Positions 10,238 through 19,699 of a stretch of 52,612 nucleotides of DNA are shown piece after piece. This DNA is from Promethearchaeota archaeon (lineage in GTDB: Archaea > Asgardarchaeota > Lokiarchaeia > Sigyniarchaeales > SOKP01), in the NCBI GenBank assembly GCA_048938855.1, contig JBHLLT010000020.1:1-52612 (forward strand), written 5' to 3'. The notes below the pieces were generated by a model. The model worked only from the letters and a program-made list of their open reading frames with translations, did not search any database and was not told the origin of the DNA. A program made the translations under genes and the position numbers. How positions within the stretch are numbered: the first letter of the stretch is position 1; the number at the start of each line of letters is the position of its first letter.

Positions 10238-11625
10238 GTGTAATTTATGGGAAAATCCAACAAATTATTGGACCTTTAATATTCTTAAGTAATGAACATG
10301 ATGTGCAATATGGAGAGATAGTTAAAATTATTACAAATGATGGAATGGAACGAACTGGTCAAGTCGTTAAAATAAATGAAGCCTCCATAATTGTAGAAGT
10401 GTTTGAAGATACCGGCGGTTTATCTTCAGAAAATTCTAAAATTCTTTTCACTGAAGATTCCTTTAAAGTTAAACTATCAAATGATATGTTTGGTAGAACA
10501 TTCAATTCAATAGGAAAACCTATTGATATAAATACAAAAAGAGTTTTAGATTCTGAGTTGATAACAGAAGTAGAACGTGATATAAATGGTACACCCATTA
10601 ACCCCTTTGCTAGAGAGTATCCATCTGAAGTAATACAGACAGGTGTATCAGTAATCGATGGCCTTTTTACATTAATAAGAGGACAAAAACTTCCAATATT
10701 TAGTGGACAGGGAATGCCTCATAATGCATTAGCCGCTCAAATTGTTACTCAAGCGAAAGTCTTAACAGAAGAACCTTTTTTAATAATTTTTTGTGGAATA
10801 GGAATTATCCAAGATGAAGCAATTTATTTCTTAAATAGATTTCAAGAAAGTGGAAACATCCAGAATATAATTTCCTTTATTAATTTTGCAGATGATCCGA
10901 TAATGGAACGATTAATTATACCTAGAGTAGCATTAACCACTGCAGAATATTTTGCTTTTGACAAAGATATGCATGTTCTTGTTATTTTAATCGATATGAC
11001 CAATTATGCAGAAGCTTTAAGAGAACTTAGTTCAGCTAAAGAAGAGATTCCTAGTAGAAAAGGTTATCCTGGATACCTTTATACGGATTTTGCGTCAATT
11101 TATGAGCGAACAGGTAAAATAAAAGGTAAAAAAGGTACCATAACTCAAATACCAATACTTACAATGCCCAACGATGATATAAGTCATCCAATTCCAGATA
11201 CTACGGGTTACATTACTGAAGGACAACTTGTACTTAGCAGAAATTTATATAAAACCGGAATATATCCTCCTTTTGAAGTTTTAGCTTCTATTTCTCGTCT
11301 TATGAAAGATTCTATAGGCAAAGATACAACAAGAGAAGATCATACAGATATAAGTTCCCAATTATTAGCCTCATATTCCAATTCCCTTGAAATCAGAGAT
11401 CTAATTTCGATAGTGGGAGAAGATGGGCTGACTCTTAATCAAAAATTTAATCTAAATTTTGGAATAGCTTTTGAAAATAAATTTTTGAATCAAGATATGG
11501 ATGAAAATCGTGATTTTTCAAAAACATTTGATATTGCATGGACTGCTTTATCGGAGATTCCCAAAAATCAGTTGATTAGAATTCACCAACAATTTATAAA
11601 TAAATATTATAAAGAACAGGTGTAA
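10234..11625 (+). CDS. atpB: A/V-type ATP synthase subunit B
   Basis: [51 protein letters not shown] and SISRLM (Arg finger). ATGA overlap with atpA. Confidence 0.97.
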   Translation: MSVIYGKIQQIIGPLIFLSNEHDVQYGEIVKIITNDGMERTGQVVKINEASIIVEVFEDTGGLSSENSKILFTEDSFKVKLSNDMFGRTFNSIGKPIDINTKRVLDSELITEVERDINGTPINPFAREYPSEVIQTGVSVIDGLFTLIRGQKLPIFSGQGMPHNALAAQIVTQAKVLTEEPFLIIFCGIGIIQDEAIYFLNRFQESGNIQNIISFINFADDPIMERLIIPRVALTTAEYFAFDKDMHVLVILIDMTNYAEALRELSSAKEEIPSRKGYPGYLYTDFASIYERTGKIKGKKGTITQIPILTMPNDDISHPIPDTTGYITEGQLVLSRNLYKTGIYPPFEVLASISRLMKDSIGKDTTREDHTDISSQLLASYSNSLEIRDLISIVGEDGLTLNQKFNLNFGIAFENKFLNQDMDENRDFSKTFDIAWTALSEIPKNQLIRIHQQFINKYYKEQV

Positions 11626-11632
11626 AAGTACA

Positions 11633-12286
11633 ATTAGTTTTAGAGAATTTAAGCCAACAAAGACTAATTTAATGAGTTTACAAAAACGGTTAAATTTTGC
11701 AGTCAAAGGAGTTAGTTTTTTAGAATTAAAGCAAGAACAACTAATATTTGAGATCAAAAACCTATGGAATAATTCTTATAAAAAGCAACGTAAGGAGTTC
11801 CTGAATTTATTAATAGAAGTTATTATAAATTTAAATCAAACGTATAAAGAAATGGGAAAAAATAATTTTAAAATTATAAGTAGCTTAAGTAAAATCCAAT
11901 TTAAACCATCAATTAATATTAAGTATATTAAAAAAATTGGAAACATCGTACCGGATATAGAATATGAACTTATAAAGGACGAAAATCTTCCTGCTTATTC
12001 GTTTGAGTATACCAGTCATTACTTAGACGATTTGATAAATATGTTAATTTCTCTTTTTAATAAAATGATCAAGCTGTCTGAAATTGAAGATATCATGCTA
12101 AAACATTCTCTTAGCTATAAGAAAATAACTAGAAGGATTCATGGATTAGAAAATATAATTATTCCATCCCTTAATTCAGATATTAAAAAAATTAAAGATA
12201 TATTAGAAGAACTTCAACGAGAGAATTTTGTAAGATTAAAAAATACAAAAGATTTAATATATAAAAAAAAAGAAGTGAATGTGTGA
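11633..12286 (+). CDS. atpD: A/V-type ATP synthase subunit D (start probably ATT 11633)
   Basis: In-frame KPTKTNL upstream of ATG 11672 completes the conserved PT..L..L..RL..A..G...L..K...L N-terminus. C-terminal RRIHGLENIIIP...LEELQRENFVRLK. Confidence 0.9.
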   Translation: MSFREFKPTKTNLMSLQKRLNFAVKGVSFLELKQEQLIFEIKNLWNNSYKKQRKEFLNLLIEVIINLNQTYKEMGKNNFKIISSLSKIQFKPSINIKYIKKIGNIVPDIEYELIKDENLPAYSFEYTSHYLDDLINMLISLFNKMIKLSEIEDIMLKHSLSYKKITRRIHGLENIIIPSLNSDIKKIKDILEELQRENFVRLKNTKDLIYKKKEVNV

Positions 12287-12291
12287 ATTAG

Positions 12292-14556
12292 ATGACCGAC
12301 AAAACCGTAATGTGTTTATTCGATATTAATATTCATAATAGTTATAAGGATCTTTTACTTCAAGAAATATCTCAAATACACTTAATTCATATAAGACCAA
12401 AGGAAACAGAAGACGAAACCCAAAAAAAGGGAGACCAAGAGATTGATAGAATCAAGAAATTAAGAGCTAATACCGAAGATTTGCTCAAAGCTCTCAAAAT
12501 CTCGGATTACGATCTGCAAAATTTAAAAGCTAAAAAAGCAGAAAGAATTGAATTCAAAGTGAAAGACGTTGATGAATTAATCACCTACTTATTAGAAGAA
12601 GTAGACTTTTATAGTAATCGTGTAGCAGAATTGGAGAGATACATCTCAAAAGTTAATATTGAACTAAGTAAAATGAAAACGATTGAGGAAGGTTATCAAT
12701 TTATGGAGAGAATGAACCTTACTCGAAATAATTTATCTAAATTAAATGAGTTATCATTTAGAGTATTTATTACGTTTTCAAAAAACTTAATTAACTTAAA
12801 AAATCTTTTTGAATTCTCGAAATTTCCAAATTTCTATGAAACACAAGATATTTCAGATGAAAGAACTATTTTTTATACTATTTATCCAGTAGATAAAGAA
12901 GATGAATTAAAAGAAAAAATCCGTATAATACATGCTGAAGAAGTCCCAATTTTGAAAAAATATTTACTTTCTGATGGGATTAACTTTAATAGAATTTCTA
13001 GTGAATTAAAACTGATAAATAACACATTAGATAAATACCAGAAAGAATTAGAGCGACTCAGGGATGACAATATATTATTATTCGCCGCTATACATGAAGC
13101 TGTTATAAATATAGAAGAGTATAACTGGGCTGAACGACAGTTCGAAGAGGTAACCTCCAACCGATCACAACTTAAATTTTTTATTCCAGTGGTTAAAAAA
13201 GATGCTATACAACAAAGATTGATAGATGTTTTTAAAGATAAGATAGCCATTCACTCAGTTGAAATTTCAAAAAAGCCGCTTGTAATTTCAGAAGAAGAAA
13301 ATCAGGAATTAGATTTAAATAAATCTCCTGTTAAAAAACCATATAAAAGTGAAAAATTTGAACCAAATGAAGTAGAAACGAATGAAGATTTAAGAGAAAG
13401 CACTCCTAGAATCATGAAAAATAATTTTCTGGTAAGACCTTTTGAAACATTGACTAGAATGTATGGTACCCCTTCATATTCTGAAATTGATCCTACTCCT
13501 TTTCTGGCAGTAATGTTTCCACTCTTATTTGGAATTATGTTTGGAGATATCGGACACGGGTTAGTCTTGATAATAGCGGGTCTATTAGGAGCCTTTTTGT
13601 TCAGAAATAAAAAAGGGACTGATTTTTTAAATTTTTGTTGGATCATCTTTTATTGTGGTTGGGGGGCTATTTTATTTGGATTTTTGTATGGTGAATCGTT
13701 TGGAGCGCCTAATCTTTTTGGCCTCCCATTAACTCCAGTTACTCTACCTTTTACAAGTATCACATTGCATGATCCTATCAATGATCCTTTCACTGTTTTC
13801 AAATTCGCAATATTAATTGGGGTGCTCCAGATTAACTTAGGTTGGTTAATTCAATTTTTGAATTATTGGAGACAATCGAGAAAATATTTAGCATTCTCAG
13901 ATTCTCTAGTCAAGATACTGCTATTGACAGGGGGTGCTATTTTGATTTTTATATACGGGTTTGATATGTATGCATGGTTAGCACCACCATATCCAATCTT
14001 GTTACCCTTAATCCCCGGTATATTATTAATTATCTTAAAACCTCTCGGTAAAATCTTTCATATTTCTTATTTAAAGAAGGAATCATATAAAGAATTAATT
14101 AGTGAAGGATCAATGGAAACATTTGAAACTCTACTATCTATAATAAGTAATGTTGCTTCATATATTCGATTATTAGCATTAGCTCTTGCGCATATTGCAT
14201 TAATGATTGCCATAGAAGCAATGGCAGGATTAATCGAAGGAGGAGGAGTCATTGGAGAAATAATTAGAACAGTAGGTTTGGTATTTGGAAATATTGTTGT
14301 TATTTTAATAGAAGGCTTATTAGTATTTTTAAATGCTCTAAGGTTAAATTTTTATGAATTCTTTTTCAAATTCTATCATGGTGCCGGTACTAAGTTTTAT
14401 CCATTCTATTTAGTTGATAATTTTTCAAAAATTGAATTTAAATTAAGCACTGATAAAGATATTATATTCGAAGAGATTGAAAAGGAAATTGAATCGAAAA
14501 AAACTCAAAAGGACATCATTGAAGCTACAAAATATATTTCTAAAAAATATTTATAA
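12292..14556 (+). CDS. atpI: A/V-type ATP synthase subunit I (a)
   Basis: YGTPSYSEIDPTP, FGIMFGDIGHG, SNVASYIRL (essential Arg) and LRLNFYEFFFKFY.G.G. Confidence 0.95.
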   Translation: MTDKTVMCLFDINIHNSYKDLLLQEISQIHLIHIRPKETEDETQKKGDQEIDRIKKLRANTEDLLKALKISDYDLQNLKAKKAERIEFKVKDVDELITYLLEEVDFYSNRVAELERYISKVNIELSKMKTIEEGYQFMERMNLTRNNLSKLNELSFRVFITFSKNLINLKNLFEFSKFPNFYETQDISDERTIFYTIYPVDKEDELKEKIRIIHAEEVPILKKYLLSDGINFNRISSELKLINNTLDKYQKELERLRDDNILLFAAIHEAVINIEEYNWAERQFEEVTSNRSQLKFFIPVVKKDAIQQRLIDVFKDKIAIHSVEISKKPLVISEEENQELDLNKSPVKKPYKSEKFEPNEVETNEDLRESTPRIMKNNFLVRPFETLTRMYGTPSYSEIDPTPFLAVMFPLLFGIMFGDIGHGLVLIIAGLLGAFLFRNKKGTDFLNFCWIIFYCGWGAILFGFLYGESFGAPNLFGLPLTPVTLPFTSITLHDPINDPFTVFKFAILIGVLQINLGWLIQFLNYWRQSRKYLAFSDSLVKILLLTGGAILIFIYGFDMYAWLAPPYPILLPLIPGILLIILKPLGKIFHISYLKKESYKELISEGSMETFETLLSIISNVASYIRLLALALAHIALMIAIEAMAGLIEGGGVIGEIIRTVGLVFGNIVVILIEGLLVFLNALRLNFYEFFFKFYHGAGTKFYPFYLVDNFSKIEFKLSTDKDIIFEEIEKEIESKKTQKDIIEATKYISKKYL

Positions 14557-14583
14557 CTCATTTTTTTAACGGATTAAACAATT

Positions 14584-15003
14584 ATGGAGAACCATAAAGA
14601 AAAACCCTCGAAGAAAAGTATTATTCGAAATACTTTTAGTTTAATATTACTACTAGTTGGAATTGCTATTCTTTATTATATTTTAATTGAATTTAAAACA
14701 AATCTCATAATTATCATTTTAATTGCAATTTTTATTCTTCTGACATTTGCTGGTCTTATTTTTAGAAGTCGAAAAAAAAAAAGGCTATATGATCAATTTT
14801 TTCCTGATAAAAAAACACAAACTCAACCTATTAAGAGAAGAGATGAGTTTAGGTTAGATAAAGAGGCTGATTTAAAGAAACTTTCTACTATTAATCTTAA
14901 TTTTAAATATCATAGACCTCTTATTAAAAAATGTGAAAATTGTGGAATGGTAATTGCAAGTTATGTAAAAAAGTGCCCAATATGTGGGGAAACAATCAAA
15001 TAA
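14584..15003 (+). CDS. Two-TM membrane protein with a C-terminal zinc ribbon
   Basis: Two hydrophobic helices, a basic RSRKKKR stop-transfer segment, and CENC-x10-CPIC. Confidence 0.7.
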   Translation: MENHKEKPSKKSIIRNTFSLILLLVGIAILYYILIEFKTNLIIIILIAIFILLTFAGLIFRSRKKKRLYDQFFPDKKTQTQPIKRRDEFRLDKEADLKKLSTINLNFKYHRPLIKKCENCGMVIASYVKKCPICGETIK

Positions 15004-15052
15004 TTTAAAGACATAAAGAAATTGTAAAAATTAATGTTTTGGTACATGTGTT

Positions 15053-16870
15053 ATGGGAATCGAGGAAGAAACTAAATATGGAATAATAAAATCAATTAAA
15101 GGTTCCTTAGTTGAAGTAAAGGGTTTAGAAAATGAAATTAGACTTCATGATCTTATTAAAATCACTAAGTATAATATATTAAGTGAAGTTATTCAAATAT
15201 ATCCTGATTATATTGTTGCTCAATGCTATGATGACACTTATAGATTAAAACTAAATGACAAAGTTATAAATCTCAAAAGACCATTATCTATGGAACTTGG
15301 TCCTGGATTGTTAGCAAATGTTTTTGATGGGATTCAGCGTCCTTTAGAAGCAATTTTTCAAAAGTTTAAAAATGGGCAATTAGAAAGAGGAATAGAATTT
15401 TCACCATTATCAAAAACAAAACAATGGCATTTTATTCCAATAAGAAAACTAGGGAAATTTTTAAATAGTGGAGATGTTGTTGGAACAGTTCAAGAAACTA
15501 AAAATATTATCCATAAAATAATGGTTCCCCCAGAAAATTCTGGAAAGTTATCTTTTATCGTAGAAGAAGGAGATTACACTGTAATTGATGAAATATATCG
15601 TTTAAAACGGGATAATGACGAAAAATCCTATACATTAATGCAGAAATGGCCAATTAATAAGAGAAGGCCATTCACAAAGAAAATTAAACCTTTTGAACCA
15701 TTAATAACAGGAACGCGTATAATAGATTTACTCTTTCCTATTGCTAAAGGTGGTACATTTGGAGTACCTGGAGGATTTGGAACAGGTAAAACAGTGATAT
15801 TACAAACTATAGCTAAATATTGTAACGCAGATATTATCATATTTGTAGGATGTGGCGAACCCGGTAATGAAATTGCAAATGTTTTAAAGCAGTTTACAGA
15901 AATTCAGGATATCACAAGTAAAACCCCATTAAGCGATCACATTGTTGTGATTGCAAATACATCAAATATGCCTGTTTCTGCTCGAGAAGCTAGTTTATTC
16001 TCAGGCGTTACTATTGGAGAATATTATCGAGATATGGGATATGATGTTGCAGTGATAGCTGATAGCATTTCAAGATGGGCAGAATCTCTTAGAGAGATTT
16101 CAGGACTATTAGAAGAAATGCCAGCTGAAGAAGGTTATCCTGCATATTTATCAACAAAACTTTCAAGTTTTTATGAACGAGCTGGTGTTTTTGAAACTCT
16201 AGGGCAAGATAATTTTGGAAAAAAAACTATAGGTTCATTAACAATAATCGGATCTATATCACCACCTGCGGGTGATTTCAGTGAACCAGTTACAACGGCT
16301 ACTAAACGTATAGTTCAAGGTTTATTAGCATTAGATGGTAGTTTATCATATCTAAAACATTATCCCGCTATTGATTGGTTAAAATCATATTCTAATTACC
16401 CTGAGAATATCTCGGAATGGTGGAATGAAAATGATATTGACTGGTCGGAAATAGATATTAATTGGCTGGAATGCCGAAGACAAGTAGATGAGATACTTTC
16501 AAGAGAGAATGATTTAAAATTTATAATTCAATTAATTGGTAAAAAAAATTTAGGAGATGATCAAAAACTTGATCTTTTTATTGCCAATTTAATTCGGAAT
16601 AGTTTTTTAATACAAAATGCATTTGAGGAAATAGACAATTTTACTGATCATAGAAAGTTATTAGGATTAATCAAGATAATTCTTCTATTATACAATGAAG
16701 GAAAAGTGCGATTGAAACAAGATTTTAAGTTTGATGATAGTAAAGAAAATGAAATATTAAATAGTATTATGCAAATCACACATGCTATCCCTAATGAAGA
16801 TTTTGACCAAATAATTGAATATAAAAACACACTATTTAGTAAAATTATAAATAAGCTTTTTTTAAAATAA
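15053..16870 (+). CDS. atpA: A/V-type ATP synthase subunit A paralog (copy 2; GER->GEP)
   Basis: Colinear with 8387..10237. Walker A GGFGTGKT is kept, but the motif reads GCGEPGNE. Confidence 0.92.
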   Translation: MGIEEETKYGIIKSIKGSLVEVKGLENEIRLHDLIKITKYNILSEVIQIYPDYIVAQCYDDTYRLKLNDKVINLKRPLSMELGPGLLANVFDGIQRPLEAIFQKFKNGQLERGIEFSPLSKTKQWHFIPIRKLGKFLNSGDVVGTVQETKNIIHKIMVPPENSGKLSFIVEEGDYTVIDEIYRLKRDNDEKSYTLMQKWPINKRRPFTKKIKPFEPLITGTRIIDLLFPIAKGGTFGVPGGFGTGKTVILQTIAKYCNADIIIFVGCGEPGNEIANVLKQFTEIQDITSKTPLSDHIVVIANTSNMPVSAREASLFSGVTIGEYYRDMGYDVAVIADSISRWAESLREISGLLEEMPAEEGYPAYLSTKLSSFYERAGVFETLGQDNFGKKTIGSLTIIGSISPPAGDFSEPVTTATKRIVQGLLALDGSLSYLKHYPAIDWLKSYSNYPENISEWWNENDIDWSEIDINWLECRRQVDEILSRENDLKFIIQLIGKKNLGDDQKLDLFIANLIRNSFLIQNAFEEIDNFTDHRKLLGLIKIILLLYNEGKVRLKQDFKFDDSKENEILNSIMQITHAIPNEDFDQIIEYKNTLFSKIINKLFLK

Positions 16871-16952
16871 ATAGCATAATTTTTATTTAACCCTAAAAAT
16901 GATTAGAAATTTCTGCATTAATAATTTTTAGTGTATTTAGTAAATTTAATAA

Positions 16953-17546
16953 TTAAGGTTTAAACCACTCAAAAAAATAATAACTACAAGTGAGTGGATT
17001 AGCAATTACAAATTTCTTTCTCACAGATGTAGCTAGACGCCCTGCTCTAACCATATCTATCGCAGTTATTTCAGAATCATGTGGTAACACATGAACCATA
17101 AAAAGAGAATGTTCCAGACCCGGCCCTTTTTTATAAACAACAAAATCTGCACCGAACTTTAATCCAGGTCTCGGAATATAGCCCTTTTTTCTCAAATCAT
17201 TGTAAATTATGTATTTTTCTTCAAACTTATGATGTATCTTCTTGGCGACTTCATAGAATTCTTTAGGATCCAAATATTTATTCTCTTTAGCATCGAAGAT
17301 AGTAATCTCATCATTTTCTAATAGATAGTATGCTTCTATTAATGATAATTCGCTAGGTTTAGAAAAATATTCTAATCTAGGCTTGTTAATTCCTAATGGT
17401 GATCCAAAAAATCCTTTTTTTACATATAAATACGAAGCATACAAAGGATTAAATATTATCACTCGAGAATTGATGAACTTAGCGGGAATTTTATCTGGAA
17501 CTTCTATTTCATCAAGAGAGATTTGTTCATCATTTGCTTGATTCAT
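16953..17546 (-). CDS. endA: tRNA-intron endonuclease, catalytic subunit
   Basis: ELSLIEAYYL, Y.DLR.KGY..RPGLKFGADFVVY..GPG..HS, and RLATSVRKK, giving the Tyr-His-Lys triad. Confidence 0.95.
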   Translation of the reverse strand: MNQANDEQISLDEIEVPDKIPAKFINSRVIIFNPLYASYLYVKKGFFGSPLGINKPRLEYFSKPSELSLIEAYYLLENDEITIFDAKENKYLDPKEFYEVAKKIHHKFEEKYIIYNDLRKKGYIPRPGLKFGADFVVYKKGPGLEHSLFMVHVLPHDSEITAIDMVRAGRLATSVRKKFVIANPLTCSYYFFEWFKP

Positions 17547-17669
17547 TATTTAGAAAATATATAAAATGATTTAATAATTCTTTCAATTTCTTTTCAATTA
17601 GATTAAATTATTTAAGATCTGAAAACATTAAATTTAATATTGAAGTATAAATGATTGGTGAATAGCATA

Positions 17670-18560
17670 ATGGTTATTAGAAGAGCAACCCATGCAGGTA
17701 GTTGGTATCCAGGGTCCAAAAAAGGATTACTTGAAGCATTAAAAGGATATTTTTTGGATACAGAATTTGGACCAAATGAAGAACCTAAATCCTTGAATAA
17801 AGAAAAAAGGACCATTATTGGGGGAGTTTCACCACATGCCGGAATGGAATATTCAGGGCCGTGTGCTGCATTTACTTATTTAAATGTATTTAAAGAAAAA
17901 ATCCCTGATACTGTATTAATATTAGGAACGGATCATATAGGATATAATAAAATAGCATTGATGGCAAAAGGAGAATGGGAAACTCCATTAGGAAATTTGA
18001 AGATTGATGAAGAATTATCAAACAAAATTTTGGAAGAGAGCAAGCTTATTAAAGAAGATAATTCCGTATTTACTGGATTCTCTGAGCAAGAGCATAATAT
18101 AGAAATACAATTACCATTTATAAAATTTTGTTCCATGGATACAGATGTCAAAATTGTGCCTCTTAAGATAGCTGTAACAAGAGATTTCAAACCACTTAAT
18201 GAAATATCTGATGATATTGCCAATGCAATAAGCCAAATGGATAAAGATATCGTTATCATAGCATCATCAGATATGTCACACAAACAAGTAAATAATTCAA
18301 TGCAATTACAGACTTTTAAAGAGATCGATTTAGCTGTGATTGAGGAATTTATACATTTAAATCCAGAAAAAACTCTTGAAGCTGCTTCAAAAACAACTAT
18401 TTGTGGTCCACAAACAATTACAACTCTAATGTTAACTAGTAGGAAGCTTAGTGCAAATAAAGGTGAAAAGTTAAAATATTACACAAGTTCTGAAAGAACT
18501 GGAAGAATTGGTGGATACTGTGTAGGATATTTTTCAGGAGTAATAATTAAAATTACATAA
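17670..18560 (+). CDS. MEMO1-family protein (AmmeMemoRadiSam protein B)
   Basis: R.ATHAGSWYP, SPHAGMEYSG, WETPLG, EHNIEIQLPF, ASSDMSH, TICG and VGY. GGTGA upstream of ATG 17670. Confidence 0.92.
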   Translation: MVIRRATHAGSWYPGSKKGLLEALKGYFLDTEFGPNEEPKSLNKEKRTIIGGVSPHAGMEYSGPCAAFTYLNVFKEKIPDTVLILGTDHIGYNKIALMAKGEWETPLGNLKIDEELSNKILEESKLIKEDNSVFTGFSEQEHNIEIQLPFIKFCSMDTDVKIVPLKIAVTRDFKPLNEISDDIANAISQMDKDIVIIASSDMSHKQVNNSMQLQTFKEIDLAVIEEFIHLNPEKTLEAASKTTICGPQTITTLMLTSRKLSANKGEKLKYYTSSERTGRIGGYCVGYFSGVIIKIT

Positions 18561-18595
18561 ATTATATTAATAACAAAAAAAGATTAAAAAAGAAA

Positions 18596-19699
18596 ATGCC
18601 GGAAGATAATGAAAAAGTTGAAGATTTCATAAGTCTTTGGAGAAAAAAGATGGAAAATGAAGGAGATAAACCTAGCGCTATTAGAGATACTTTAGAAAGA
18701 ATTCAAGAAGTAGAAAAAGAAAACCAGCTTTTAAGAAATAAAATACAAGATAATATAGATTTGATCAGTAGGACTGAAAAAGTTATTAAGAACACTTTGG
18801 ATGAAAACGAAAGATTGAAAGCTCAATTAGCACAAGGAGACTCTAGTGACGGAACTAGTGTAAGTGATCTTCAACAAAAGAATAAAGCTCTAAATAATAC
18901 AATCTTAGACTTAGAAAAAAAATTAGCAAATAAAGAAGTAGAATTACGGGCAAGAAATAACGAAAAGCTTGATTTAGAAGCAAAATTAGAAAAAGCTTCA
19001 AAAATAGCAGTAAGTTCACCCGCTATAGATTCTGCTGCAACAAACGCTGTACTAAAAGAACTCAAATCAGATTTAACTAAAAAACAAACTCAGATTGATG
19101 AATTACAAAATAAAATAAACCAGCTAACTATAGAAAATGAGGGCTTAAACCAACAATTAATAGAAGTGGAAAAGAGTAAATCATTGCCTATTGATTATGT
19201 TGTACCCGTAGAACAATCAAAACCATCGGTACTTAAACCTCAAACAACTCAGTCATCAACTGAAACCCTTGAAATATTATGCCAAGATCTTCAACAAGAT
19301 CTAAATAAATATAAAAGAAATATCGACCAATTAACTAAAGAAAAAGATGATCTTAAAAAAGCCCTTGAAGCTGGAGGATTTCAATTAGAACCTGAAGAAT
19401 TGAAAGAATTAAAACGAGAAAATGAAACATTAAAAAATGATATATCCCAATTACAGGAATCTTTAAAAATGAAACAACAAGAATCTCCTCAAATTAGAAA
19501 ACAAATTAATAGTCTACAAGAACAACTAAAAGAAAAAGATCTATTAATTGCCGAATTGAAATCTAGTCAGCAACCACAGCTCCCAATGCCAAAAGGACCA
19601 ATGGCAAACCTGGTAGAAGATTTACAGAACAAAATAAACAAATTAAAATCAACCATAGACGAAAAAAATAAAATTATCGAAGAATTAAAAGCATCATAA
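18596..19699 (+). CDS. Long segmented coiled-coil protein
   Basis: Heptad-rich E/K/Q/L segments separated by S/P-rich linkers. Confidence 0.7.
   Translation: MPEDNEKVEDFISLWRKKMENEGDKPSAIRDTLERIQEVEKENQLLRNKIQDNIDLISRTEKVIKNTLDENERLKAQLAQGDSSDGTSVSDLQQKNKALNNTILDLEKKLANKEVELRARNNEKLDLEAKLEKASKIAVSSPAIDSAATNAVLKELKSDLTKKQTQIDELQNKINQLTIENEGLNQQLIEVEKSKSLPIDYVVPVEQSKPSVLKPQTTQSSTETLEILCQDLQQDLNKYKRNIDQLTKEKDDLKKALEAGGFQLEPEELKELKRENETLKNDISQLQESLKMKQQESPQIRKQINSLQEQLKEKDLLIAELKSSQQPQLPMPKGPMANLVEDLQNKINKLKSTIDEKNKIIEELKAS

Noticed and set aside
15053-16870. atpA2 as a pseudogene or assembly duplicate
   Set aside because: The 605-codon ORF is uninterrupted and has extensive synonymous and non-synonymous divergence from copy 1 while keeping most motifs. 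It is neither an identical repeat nor visibly decayed.
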